Positions 25,001-37,024 are shown, numbered from the whole stretch's first letter. The stretch: 58,060 nucleotides of DNA, filler included, from Dugesia japonica (GCA_001938525.1; 5 parts of 5 records of this genome joined end to end with filler, not necessarily neighbours in it), one strand, 5' to 3'. Made by a program: numbers and translations. Notes: generated from the letters alone by a model not told the origin.

Positions 25001-27460
25001 TATCTGAGCTTTGTGTTCTCCATAAGTGTTTATGAGTCGTTCATTTTCTACCGGTAATATTTCTTGTAGATATAAGCTCATCATATTAAATATGAGTTGA
25101 TCGGTGTCTGGCATTTTCGGTATCGGAAGGTCTACCGTCATTTTACGTGATGTTAGTTTGATTTCTGTGATCTCTCCTGGCTTGATATCATGGAGGAAGA
25201 TGTGATCCGCTTTTTCAGCTAACAGGATCGTTGTTGCTCCCGCCTGCATTTTATAGGATTTGATCGATTTTGGCCATAACCATTTTTTATAGGTTTCAAA
25301 ATGTGTCGGATAGTTAATCCTTCCAAGGTTATCATATCTTCCTTTTTTATGTGCCCTTCCTTGTTGAGCAGACTAACTCTGATGGAGTATTCGGATATGG
25401 TGGAGGTATTTTGTACTTCTTCTTCGTATAAATTTTTCTCCTTCCACCATTGGGCACGGGCCCACAAGCTAAGTTGTCCATAGGTTGCCAAATCTCGTAG
25501 GTTGATCATCATCTTCCAATATACTTTGATATTCACCACCGGGCGTGTTTCGCGTGTTACTCTCATCAAATCATTGATAGCGTGAAATGTGGCGGATTCC
25601 TCTGTTATTGGTTTGGTATAGTTCATCCGAATATCGCGTATGGTTGGCGTCCCTTCTGGAAACACAACTGCCTTTGTAGTACTTATTGGTAGATTATCAA
25701 TATTCTGTAGTTTCTGATTTTCTTTTATTTGTTCCTTCATACCTGACAACACTTCAGTTACGTATATTTCTGTTATCTCTTCTATCCTTTCTTCAAGGTC
25801 TGGCGATGGAACTGTTCGAGTTTCTTCCTCCACATCTAGTTCACATATCTCTCCAGGTTTTGAGTGACATTGGAATATATGTTTGTCCTCGTCATCTGTT
25901 TCTACCAATTTGCCATTTATGAACAGGGGTACCATATTTAATCCTTGTTCTCGCCACTTATCGGTAACGGCATCCATTAAATCCATCATGGTTATTCCTT
26001 GTGGTTTTAATCGGCTATATTTAGTCAATTCTTGTTCATTTTTACCTATATTCAAATATAATTGATAGTTCCGAATTTTGGTAGTTGCTAATATTTCTTC
26101 GGCATATTTGCCTAATCATGAGCCATTGGTTTTCGATTTCTTCTGGTATCTCTAGTCCATCGTATATGTCGTAAATTCTATTCATTATCATCCAATAAGT
26201 TTTTCGGGGTAAGTTCTCCTTTTCCATTTGTACCCGATTAACCATTTCTTCCACCTTGCGCATTGCTACTACCTCTCTTGACGGCATCTGTCGCATTCTT
26301 ATCATGTTGCATTTATCTTCTCTTCTCTCTAATCGTTGTCTGAGGAAGTCATTACGCGTCATTAGCAACTGTTTCCTTTCCTCCTTTGTCAGTTTATCCT
26401 TCTTTCCGAGGACCGTGGAAAGTATTTTGATTTTAATTGGCTCTACCCCTTGTTTATATAGATATTCCATTTCTCCCATGATTTCTAAAGCTGATCTACC
26501 AGTTTTCGTTACCCATACGTCATAATCGATACCTGGGTGTTTGTCCAATATTACTAGTTCGATTTCCTCTCCTGGTTTTATTCCGAAATTGTAGATATGT
26601 CTTTTTCTGGCATTAAAATCCACTATTGCACTTGGAGTACATACGTATTTACTCATCACACAGGGATAACCTGCTTGATTGAGTGCCGCTTCTAGATCTT
26701 CTACCATTAGCCCCGTGAGTGTCAATTTCATATTACCTTCTGGGTTATACAACCATACTTGGTAATCCGATAAGCCCATATTGGATATTACCCAATCGTA
26801 ATGTACTGGTAACCATTCTGTCCAATCACTTTCTTCAGTGGTTATTAATTTTATAACTTCCAATAGCTCCACCAATCGATTTGTCAGTATCATGGAGTTT
26901 CTGGGCGGCTACCAATATCTCATCAATTCGGGCTAATGATAACCTTGATGCCTCGATTTGTCCCAATTCTAGGTGGTCCATTAGCCTTACTGTCCCCAAC
27001 CTTTTCCGCATGTATGTTTGTGACTGGAGGGGCACAATTTCTTTTAAGAATGTTTGCTCGAGATTATGATATAACTCGCCTGTTTCTATTTCTTGAATTA
27101 CTATTTGGGGTCTGAACACTAATCCCCAGTTAATTAACTTGATTATGGTTATTTCATAAGGTCTTGCCCCATAATAGATTAAGTTCTTATCGCCTGGGGT
27201 AATATTGATTCCGATATTGCCGATTTGTATTCTATGTCTATTCCACTTCGTATTCCATTATTGCTGGTCATTAAATGGTAGTGCGTCGAAGATTGGGTTT
27301 ACTGCCATACCCTTAATGCCGTTCACCTCTCCCCGTTTTATTTCGTTGATTGCTTCCTTTAAGTGTCGCACCGTCATTCCTTTTAATGCGAGCTTTAGTC
27401 GCTTTGGAGCTACCTCTGGGTTGTTATGCCATACATATTGAATTTCGAACTCATAGTCTT
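22047..27460 (-). pseudogene. Gag-extension polyprotein: tandem ubiquitin-like plus helical modules, then a low-complexity/AT-hook-like region and a helical domain
   Basis: Abutting or overlapping same-strand ORFs joined by single stops or frameshifts. A recurrent [H/L][I/L]xxxGx[K/R]PGE-x-x-x-[L/I] motif appears every ~600-750 bp. RGRPR is in the 22047-22922 ORF. Confidence 0.7.
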
Positions 27461-29250
27461 CTAGTTGGGTTTCTTGATACAGCTCGGTAATATAGTCCGA
27501 TATCGTTTTCTGCCAATTAGCCCTTACCTTGGCGTGTACTTGAGGGTGCTGATATAGTCGGAGCAACTGGTTCATCACCCGTCTTCTTCCGGTGGTTNNN
27601 NNNNNNNNNNNNNNNNNNNNNNNNNNNNNNNNNNNNNNNNNNNNNNNTGTTTTGTAGATGATCTCTTCAGTCCAGTCAAATTCTGGTGACGTAATCAATA
27701 TTCGCTTTCGAGTATCTTCCATCTCGGTGACTTCCGTTGTTTCGTCATATTGGTTATAGATTTGCCTGTGTGTCCTGATCATATTACACTGATTCTTGTG
27801 TGGTTCGTTTAATAAGTTCCTTTTGGCTAGTCTCTCCTGCTGTACCTGCAGATCTTGGTTTTGCCACTTAAGCCAATCATTTTCCTGTTTCACCTTGTGG
27901 TACACATTGTCAAAAGTATTTTGATGTACTAAATTAATTTGTCCCTTATTTTGATTTACTCGTTGCCTTAATCTCTCGTTTTCCTCCATTAGATTATCTA
28001 GCTTCGCATTCTGATTCCGATTATAATTGGTTTGATTTCCGGCTTGACATTCTTTTGCCATATGTCCTCTTCTATTACATTTATAACATACNNNNNNNNN
28101 CTTCAAAAAACACGTTTCCACATTGTGGTTGGTCTTCTTGCAATAGGTACAGAATCGATTGTTGTTACTATTATTGCCTCTACTTCTACAGTTGCGGGAT
28201 ATGTGTCCTCTTCTTCCACACGTATTGCATTGGATGTCTCGATTATTTTGCCAATTATTCCGAGGTGCATTAAATCACCCATTATTTACTCTAGGATAGT
28301 TAGGTCTATCATTCCGGTTGTTTCGTTCCTGTCCTGGGGTCAGGGTTTTCATCATTGATTGTGTATTGGGTATAAAATCTGATATTCGCGGTGTGGTTTC
28401 CTCAGTTTGTCCTTCCCCTTTGAATATCCGTTCGGATGGTCTGTCTGCCACGATTAGCAATGTAGCCAGCGCATCCTGCAGTGTTACTGGTTTACTCAAT
28501 TTTACCATCAGCTTAGCATTCTCATCGCGTAATCCATTTAAGAATATGGCCAATACTTGACTGTCTTCCAATTTGTCTCCTAACACTAATTTGCCGCGAC
28601 TCTTAAGTTCCATCATGTACGCCTGTGGCGTTTCGCCTTTTTGTTGTTTTCGATTAGTGAATTGTTCGAAATCTTGACCGGTTAGTTTCAAATTTTGGAA
28701 ATTGTCAATTAGTATTTTTACCACCTCTTCCCATTTTTCGGGGATGGACTCCATGCCTTTAGTGTGATCCCAAAATACAGTTTTGGCCACTCCTGTTAAG
28801 TAAGCTGGTAACCGCTTTCTTTTTGTTTCCTCATCCCATCCACAGGTTTTGGCGTACATTTCGTAATTTTGAATAAATTCGTCCAATTTTTCAGGTATTC
28901 CACCAAAATATTCGCCATCGAATTTTATTTTCCACTCTGGTCGATGGTTTTCAGTTTTGGTTGTCATGTTGCTATCTTTTGCTGTGTTTGTTTCTATTTT
29001 CGGGTTTTGACTTGTTATCGTGTGGGTTTCTGTTTCTGACTCGTTTGTCGGTATTACTAGTGCGTTGGTGCTTCCCTGGTTATTGTCAGTTACTTCTATG
29101 ATTTCTTGTTCCTCTGATGTATAACTTAATCCGCTTGATCGATTACTATTCTCTGGAGTTTTATTAGATGTGGTTTTTTGGTTGGTTTGAGCTGATGGTT
29201 TCTAGTGTTTTGGTTTTAGATAGCGCGGTGGCTTTGTCGAATTCCGATTT
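27258..29250 (-). pseudogene. gag: Gag: capsid domain plus three CCHC zinc knuckles
   Basis: FGG..EKLDEFI..YE..W....RLPAYLTGVA..W...KQQKGETPQAY..L...FLNGL. In frame past one TGA (28275): CNTCGRRGHISRNC, CTYCKKTNHNVETC, CYKCNRRGHMAKEC. Confidence 0.9.
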
Positions 29251-30036
29251 TTTTAGTAAACAAATATTCTCGTCCGGGTCTAAATAAAGAGATGTCTTTT
29301 TTAGTTTCCTTGAAGACTTTTGTCGGGTGAGTTGGGTTTCTTTTAGAACTGAGCTTGGGGTAGATATCCCGGATGTGTTAGACCTTGTAAGTGGCTTCCT
29401 GTTTTCTGAGTCGGAATCTATCTTGTCAGAGTCCGGCTAGTTGGTTTCTTGTTGTACTTCGGTTTTGTTTTCGGGTTACTTGTAGCTTAGGTTTCTAGAA
29501 TAAAAATTTCTCCTTATTGTCTTTTCTGAGGAGGCAATCACTCCTTTTCCAGATTTTAAACTTACTTTATTATCATGCTGCTCAACACTTGTCATCATAG
29601 CCCCGCAACCATCTTCCTTTGATTTAATTACGTATACATTTAATCTTCCTTTAATTTTATTTTAATTTTCCTTAAATAAGTCTTCCTTTAATCTTCTTTT
29701 TATGCTTCCTTAATTTCTTCCTAATTAATGCCAGGCTATTTCTTCCTAAATGTGGGAGTACCCATTTTTCTGTAGTATAGGCGAACTCTTCTGGNNNNNN
29801 NNNNNNNNNNNNNTTTAATATGCCGGGGTAACAGTGCACACTTTTAATAATTCTTCCTGGGGGAGTACCGAGAGTTTTCTGAGGGATCAGCGGTCCCATT
29901 TGGAGTACCCTTTTCGTGTAGGCGAACGCTTCCGGCTTCCTTTAATTCTTCCTCTAATCAGGTTCCTTTAGTGTGCTTAACTACGTGGCCTTCCTTTAAC
30001 ATACTGGTTAATGTGCTTAGGACTTCACGTATCTTC

Positions 30037-30136
30037 NNNNNNNNNNNNNNNNNNNNNNNNNNNNNNNNNNNNNNNNNNNNTTAATTAATTAANNNNNNNN
30101 NNNNNNNNNNNNNNNNNNNNNNNNNNNNNNNNNNNN
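30037..30136. other. Artificial contig-joining spacer
   Basis: 44N-TTAATTAATTAA-44N. Confidence 0.95.
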
Positions 30137-33100
30137 AATTAAATATTTTGGAGCTATTACAAAGAAGGAAAATAGTTTCATTTTTATGGAATTCATGCCT
30201 GGAGTAAGTTAGCTGGAAAGTATTTTAATTTATAGTGTTTTTGTTTAATTAAATTATTTTGGTTATCGAGTAATTTGACTAGAAAAATTAGATTTTTTTA
30301 ATTATACGGATTGCTGTTAGCTTACTACTAGCTTATCTTAGAATAACGGAAATTTGACATCGCTAACAACAATTCTTATTTTTGTTTTAATTGGTGTATT
30401 TCTATAATTTTTCGTTTACATTCTTTATTATTTGTTTCAATGAGATGAAATTATTTATTTTTTGTTTAAATTAAAAGGTATTATGTTTAAATAAAGTGAA
30501 ATTGTTTTATTTTTGTTTAAATTAAGTAAAATTAACGATTTTAAAGTAAAGGTTTCTAAAGCAATATTAACATTAGCAGCGCTGGACAATATTAACATTA
30601 AATATTCTCCGAGCAATATTAACATAAAAGGTTCCGCAGGCAATATTAACATTAGTTGCTCAGGTGTCATACTATTAGATGTTCGATGGCTCACACTATT
30701 TATTTGCTTCAAGTTTCATACTATTGAATGTAAAATGGCTCATACTATTCGTTGCTCCAGGGCTCATACTAAAAGATTTCTATGGGTTCACATTCTTGCC
30801 TACACATGATATTAGATAATCTCTGACTCATACTATTAAATGCTCCGGCATTAGATGATCCTTGGCTCATTAATATTAACTGCTCATCCGATGAAAATCT
30901 TTGTTAATATTTATATGTTTAAGTAAAATTATTCTATCTTAGTAAAATTAATGAAATCAGTATATTATTTGCATTCTAAGTAAACTGATTAGCAATAATA
31001 TTATTAAAATTATTTTCATACATTGCTTCAATAACAGTTTTGTTTGTATTCCATACCGTTACATTACCTCATCCGACATGTTCAGTTCGACGGAGCGAAT
31101 CCATCAAGGTCCGTTAGCATCTAATCGAGACCTTTCAAAATTTTATTGTGAAATTATTTGTGTATTATTTCATTGTGAAATTATTTACAAAGAAATTTAG
31201 TAATTTTTTATTTGGAAATATTTTATTTAATTTGACTAATTCAGGGATCTTTACGATCCCGGATTTCTAAAAGTACACCAATTGCATCTAACAAAGTTCT
31301 TCAATACACAAATCAAATTCTTGAAGGTCTTCAATTTTTGCACGGTATTGAAATCATTCACAGAGATATCAAACGTTGGTTTTTATAATAATTATTTTAC
31401 AATTTGTAAATTGCGATAATTAGCTGATCATATTTTATTGGATAATGATGAAAATGTAAAATTAACTGATTTTGGTTTGGGAATATCATTAAATAACACT
31501 GACGTCCTCAAAACACAAGCAGATTCATTTTGTGGGACACCATATTATATGGCTCCAGAAATCATCAATGGGGAAAAGTATTCATATGGCGTTGATATTT
31601 GGTCATTAGGAGTTACTCTTATAGAAATGCTTACAGGTTTGAATTCCATGATTATTTGACATTTTTTACGCAATGATTACTTATGAATTGTTTGCTTGGA
31701 TTGACTGACTTATTTAGTAACCAAAAAGATATTTAATACTTGATTGGGTTGTGTTAGATGAGTTTGAAGAACTCATCGAGGAATTGAATTCACAAATAGC
31801 TTCCATAAAATATTTATTCACTAAACAAAACTATGATTATCAATTTGTTTTTTACAAACAAATTTATATTCGAAACGAAAAATAAAAAATATCAGACTTA
31901 GGAAAAATATTTCATTAATTCAGTTTATTTAAAATTTTATTAAATAATGTAAAATTTAAAAATACAATAAAAAATATATTTTATTGAAAATCAGAAATTC
32001 GATAATTTTAAAAATTACAATAATATTATAAAAATTATAAATTATAAAATTTTATTAAACGGTTAATTTTAAAGTTTATTTTACAAATTATTTTAGTAAT
32101 TCCATTAAAAGATTTCACAAATTTGATTTCAATAAATTCCGTTTCAAAATACAAAAAATTTAAATCTTCTTTTAAAAACTATCTTACACCCCCCTTTTAA
32201 GAATTTTTTTGATCTTCTCTACGTTTCTTTAGTTTCTATCTGCCAAGATGTAACTTCTGTCGTGAACGTTTTTCTTGATCTTATAGGTATCTTCTAATCG
32301 ACATTGTTTCATGTTTCAAATTTCACTTTGGTTAGTATATCTTTGTGCACTCTTTGAGTATCTGATTCGTACCATTTTTCTCTGCTTATTCTCTTCCCAA
32401 AATACACAGGACTTTTCCTGCCGGTCTTCTGTTTTGTAGCATTCAAAGTAAATTCTTTCTCCGGAAATAAATCCGCCCAATCTGAGTTTGATTTTCTGTA
32501 AGTGTCGCATTTATCATTACTCGCATAGTTCTAAACTGCCTCACGATTGTGTAACGATGATTTGGACTCGAAAACTTGAGGGTAATTCCATGTTCAACCG
32601 CAAAATTTTTCATTGTTTTACACTCAAATGCTCTTCTTCAATCAACTCTTATTTCTCTCGGACACCCGAACTTTAATATCCATTTCTCCATTATTACTTT
32701 CCCTATAAATTCTTGCCATTGCTATCAAAGCTACATATTTACTTCATTGATCTATTATACCGAGAACCTATCTTTTTCGACCTCTTCTATGATGCAATGG
32801 TCCATACACACATATAAATAACAGTTCATACATTTCAGCTGGCTGCGTCTTTGTTTCTTCCATCGTTTTTGTTGTCAGCACTTTGGTTTTCTGGCATGTT
32901 ATACAACTTCGCACAACCTCTTTTAATTTTCTCCTCAACTTTTTTGCGTTATATTTATGCTTCGTATACGCTGCTACTTTTCTGCTCCAGCATGACATAA
33001 TAGATGATGGATCCTCATTAAAACCTCTTCTATTTTGTGATCAGATATCCACGTTCCTTCATAATTTTTTCCAAAATTGCCTTGCTTCTCTCGAATATCT

Positions 33101-35916
33101 ACTGTATTTAGCATCCTTGTTTTTAATTTTCCACTCTTGGGATCTTTATGTGACATTAGGCATTGTGCACATGTATCGTATTTACTCGTTGACAACATAT
33201 CCGCATTTGTATTGAAGCGATCCTTTTCTATATTCCAATTTTATATCTAAACTACTCAAATAATTAATCCAGGTTTGAAACTGTGATGTGATCGGTTTCT
33301 TGGTATTTAGCGTATAAGTGATAGCTTTATGGTCTGTCCTGAGGATAAATTATCTTCCATATAAGTAATGTTTGAAATTAATAAAAAAGCAGTCAATTGC
33401 GAGTAATTCATTTCGCATATTCTTCTTCAGGAACTGTTTTTCAGTAAATTCTTATTACAAACTTTGACATAGAGACAGATCTTAAATAAATCTGAGTAAA
33501 ATCAATTTTCATTGGATATTTATTATAATATCAAACTAAATGAACATTTTCTCGGTTAATTGTTGCAAAACATTATGATATGCGGAAATATGGAAAATAA
33601 AATAACATTAACTTTGATCTTTGCTTGTAAATAATTTTTTGAAATAAAAAAAATCATTTGTTGTTAAAAACGAATTTATTTATTGACAGATCAATGGTTT
33701 TTTTAAAAAATAATTTTTTAGTTTTTAAACAATTTTAAAAAAGGATTTATCATAATGCTTTGCAGCAATTAACCGAGGAAATTTTCATTTAATGTTATTT
33801 TACAAATAAAATCCAATGAAAATCGATTTTACTCAGATTTATTTAAAATCTGTCTTCATGTCAAAGTTCGTAATAAAAATTTACTGAAAACAGTTCCTGA
33901 AGAAGTCTATACTGAAATATGGAAAATAAAAGAACTTTGATTTTTTTATTTAAGATGATTAATCAAATAATTTCCATTTTTATGTTATGAATTTCAATTT
34001 ATATATGATGACTTAGAGTTTTATGTGTTGACTTTGAATTTTAATGTTATTCAGAGGAGTTTCTAATATTAAGTACTTATTTATCTATTTATTTCATCGG
34101 GGGTAAAGATTGTCGAATTATAATCATGCTTTTCTTACTCAACCTAAAATTCGCTATCCTAAAGATATTTTGATGTTTGTATTTGAACTACTTTTTATTT
34201 TTTCAAAACTTGGATAAAGGTCGTCAATTATAAGGTAAAGCAACCCTTAAAAGTACTTATTTTTCTATTTATTTCATTAGGGTTAATGGGATTTTATTCT
34301 TGATAAGCGAAAAGTTCTCGATCTAAATTTGAATTACTTTTTATTTTTATAATTATCAATTTTGAAATAATATTTTTTGACAAGTCTTACCGTATATATT
34401 CTCTATCAGCGTATTTAAATTTGGATGAAAATTATAAAAACTAATTTTTTATTTGTGATTGTTAGGAACTCTCAGAAATTTGACATTGTTTTTTCAATTT
34501 TTCTCAGTCAAAATTAAGTTCGACGATTTTAGGTGGTGCTTTTCTTGATCAGCAAAAAATCGAATCATGTAAGTTTCGATGCGATTTAAAAATAAAAAAT
34601 TTTCAAAGTTTGTCGGGTTTATACACAATTCTTCAGCCCCACGCAGGATTTGGCGATTTTTAACTAGGTCTATCATAATCGGCGTAAAATTCTCTATTTA
34701 AAAAGAAGAGTTTATAATTAAATTTGAGAAAAAAATATTTTGCGAAAAAATTTTTCTAGCTAGAAATATTCTCGAAGTCATTCTGAATCGATTGATGTTT
34801 AAAAAATGACGTTTAAATTTGGGATTTTATTTATTTTTAAAAATATGTATTATTTAAATCAAATAAGATTTTCCAAAGAATTTTCGGTCAAATTCTTACA
34901 TTGTGTGCAAATATTTGACTGAAATTAACCAAATAGACCAGAACTACAATCCCGAGGAAATTCCTTACCAAATTGCCTAAAAATTACTCAAACTGACCGT
35001 GTTGAGAAAATAATTGACAAAAATTGCCCAAATCTGACCACCCTGACGAATTAATTGACCAAGAATGCCCAAATCTGACCACCCTGACGAATTAATTGAC
35101 CAAGAATGCCCAAATCTGACCACCCTGACGAATTAATTGACCAAGAATGCCCAAAACATACCGGTCCGAGGAAATTCCTTATCAAGGTTGCCTAAAAATT
35201 ACCGAAACTGACCCAGTTGAGAAAATAATTGACCAAGAATGCCTAAAACATACCTGTCCGAGGAAATTCCTTACCAAGTATGCCCAAAACATACCTGTTC
35301 GAGGAAATTCCTTACAGGATTGTCTAAAAATTACCAAAACTGACCCAGTTGAGAAAGTAATTGACCAAGAATGCCCAAAACATACCAGTCCGGCTAAATA
35401 TTTGACCGAATCGACCAAACACCACTCAAAATTATCCAGATTCAATCTCACAAATCGCTTGAAAAGCCTTAAAAGTACTAAAAATTCCAAATCATTTAAT
35501 GCCCTACATAATAATCGCGACGATGAAATTAACATAACTTAATCCAATTACATAAAAAATTATTGCCGCTTAAAAAGCTGAGAAAATTGCAAATCACTTA
35601 TGTACTAATTTTTACGCCAGTGGGGTGGGGGTGAGTGATCTAGTGCTGCACTATCTACCTATTTTTTAATGTATATTTTAGCATGATCTTTGTTCTTTTA
35701 TTTGTTTAAAATTTTCATTTAGGAAAGCCTCCATATTTAGAATTCGTGCCTGCGGCGGTACAGTTTAAAATTGGAACAACTAAAACAATTCCATACCAGT
35801 TACCAGAATCCTCCTCAAAGGAAATGAAAGACTTTATCGATCAAATGTTGATTCCGGAACCTTATAAACGTCCAAACGCTCTGGATTTAATTAAATTTAT
35901 GAAGGATATCGAATAA
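30137..35916 (+). CDS. Ser/Thr protein kinase, MAP3K/STE11-like, 3' exons 30137-30203, 31245-31374, 31424-31636, 35723-35916
   Basis: Spliced translation: IFMEFMPG/GSL...YTNQILEGLQFLH..IIHRDIKP/DHILL..VKLTDFG..GTPYYMAPE..DIWSLGVTLIEMLTG/KPPY..AVQFKIG...KRPNA; GT-AG introns keep frame. Confidence 0.9.
30560..30890. repeat. Intronic minisatellite-like arrays (CAATATTAACAT x4, then TCATACTATT x~7) with variable spacers
   Basis: Direct reading; period ~24-27 bp. Confidence 0.7.
32185..33420 (-). mobile_element. Ty3/gypsy RNase H-integrase fragment with PPT and start of 3' LTR, in kinase intron
   Basis: ELLA..FKHYLYGR.FILRTDHKA; HHLLCHAG..CITCQ; AAAAGGGGGG-TGTAAG at ~32198-32183. Confidence 0.8.
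33423..33905. repeat. ~155-bp diverged inverted repeat with ~170-bp spacer (foldback/MITE-like)
   Basis: CTTCTTCAGGAACTGTTTT...CATTATGATA (33423-33580) is the reverse complement of TATCATAATG...AAAACAGTTCCTGAAGAAG (33748-33905). Confidence 0.85.
34930..35410. repeat. Tandem repeat (41-bp AATTGACCAAGAATGCCCAAATCTGACCACCCTGACGAATT unit and variants)
   Basis: Direct reading; explains spurious ORFs 35147-35542 and 35182-35535. Confidence 0.88.
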
Positions 35917-36649
35917 TATTTTACATCGGTAATCTGGTTTAATAATAATATTAATCTATGTTGTTGTCTGACCTCTTAATATTAGCTAAAATCATATATT
36001 TATATTTAATTAAATGTGACATCATTGATTGAATCATGTGTGATTAAAACGTGCGAATTCTAAATATAGTTAGTATGCATTCCACACAACGGTGCATGTG
36101 TGTTTTCATAAATCCAAGTGTAATGGAGAATACCAGAATAAAACGAAACAATGTGGAAAAGTTTTATTATTAATCGATAATGCATCATGATATTGCGAAA
36201 TTATCTTGCTGCTAAAAAAAATAAATTATTCTACGAGACAAATTAAAATAATGTTATAATAGTAGGGGCATATGGCCTTTCTAGAACATGATGTGACGCA
36301 ATCACCGTTCACACCTCAATGTAAACAACAATAGGTGTGAAAATTCACACCTTTTGAGCCAATTCTCACTTTAATTGTAAACAGTGAACAATTGATTTTT
36401 TATTGTTTTTTGTTTAAAGCGTTGCGCATTAATAAATTGACTTATTATTAATAATAATATTATTATTTAAATGTGTTTATAGTTGTGAATTTTTAGACCT
36501 TTGACGACAATATTCACATCTAAATGCAAATAATACATTTTTATTGACTTGTAAATTTTCACGCATTATTTCATCTTACAGCTATTTTCATCCGAATTAA
36601 TATTTTTTTCATTCAATTTAATATTTCAGAGTTTAATATCACTGTTTCT

Positions 36650-37024
36650 ATGTCTACGGTTAACAGGGCCATAGACAAGTTTAACTACAGTGTTAAGAGA
36701 ACTAGTCTCATCCCCGAGAAGCGTAATATGCCGGCGACTCTGACTTTAAGGAAAACTTATGCTCAAGAATTCAATAATTTGGTGACCGACATAAATACTG
36801 AATACAACTTTTATCTCATAGATGAAGTTGAATTCAATCTTTCTATGAAGACTCGCAGAGGTCGATCTCAAATAGGGCAGCGAGCTAATCATACAGTATC
36901 TGCCCTGAGATCACGAAATATGTCAGTCTGCTGCACTATGTCAAAAAATGGAATTATTAAATATAATGTTCAAACTACAGCATTTAATACAAAAAATATC
37001 TTACTTTCTATTTTCTGTGTTTGA
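36650..37024 (+). pseudogene. Tc1/IS630-type DDE transposase fragment
   Basis: STVNRA..YSVKR...FYLIDEVEFNLSMKTRRGRSQIGQRA. Confidence 0.75.

Larger units (their letters stand above)
17925..30036 (-). mobile_element. Giant env-bearing Ty3/gypsy-type retroelement, decayed, truncated in RT, with an internal 3-kb inversion
   Basis: Higher GC than the flanks across ~12 kb; contains gag, CCHC x3, repeated Ubl-like modules, class III env, two DTG proteases and a gypsy RT N-terminus. Confidence 0.85.

Noticed and set aside
19362-28560. Many short antisense ORFs over the giant element
   Set aside because: Shadow ORFs of the higher-GC coding strand, without motifs.
30560-30890. CRISPR-like repeat/spacer appearance
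   Set aside because: Repeats are only 10-14 bp with ~12-bp spacers, inside a spliceosomal intron of a eukaryotic gene, with no cas genes.
35147-35542. Overlapping ORFs on both strands
   Set aside because: Produced by the tandem repeat; no protein motif.
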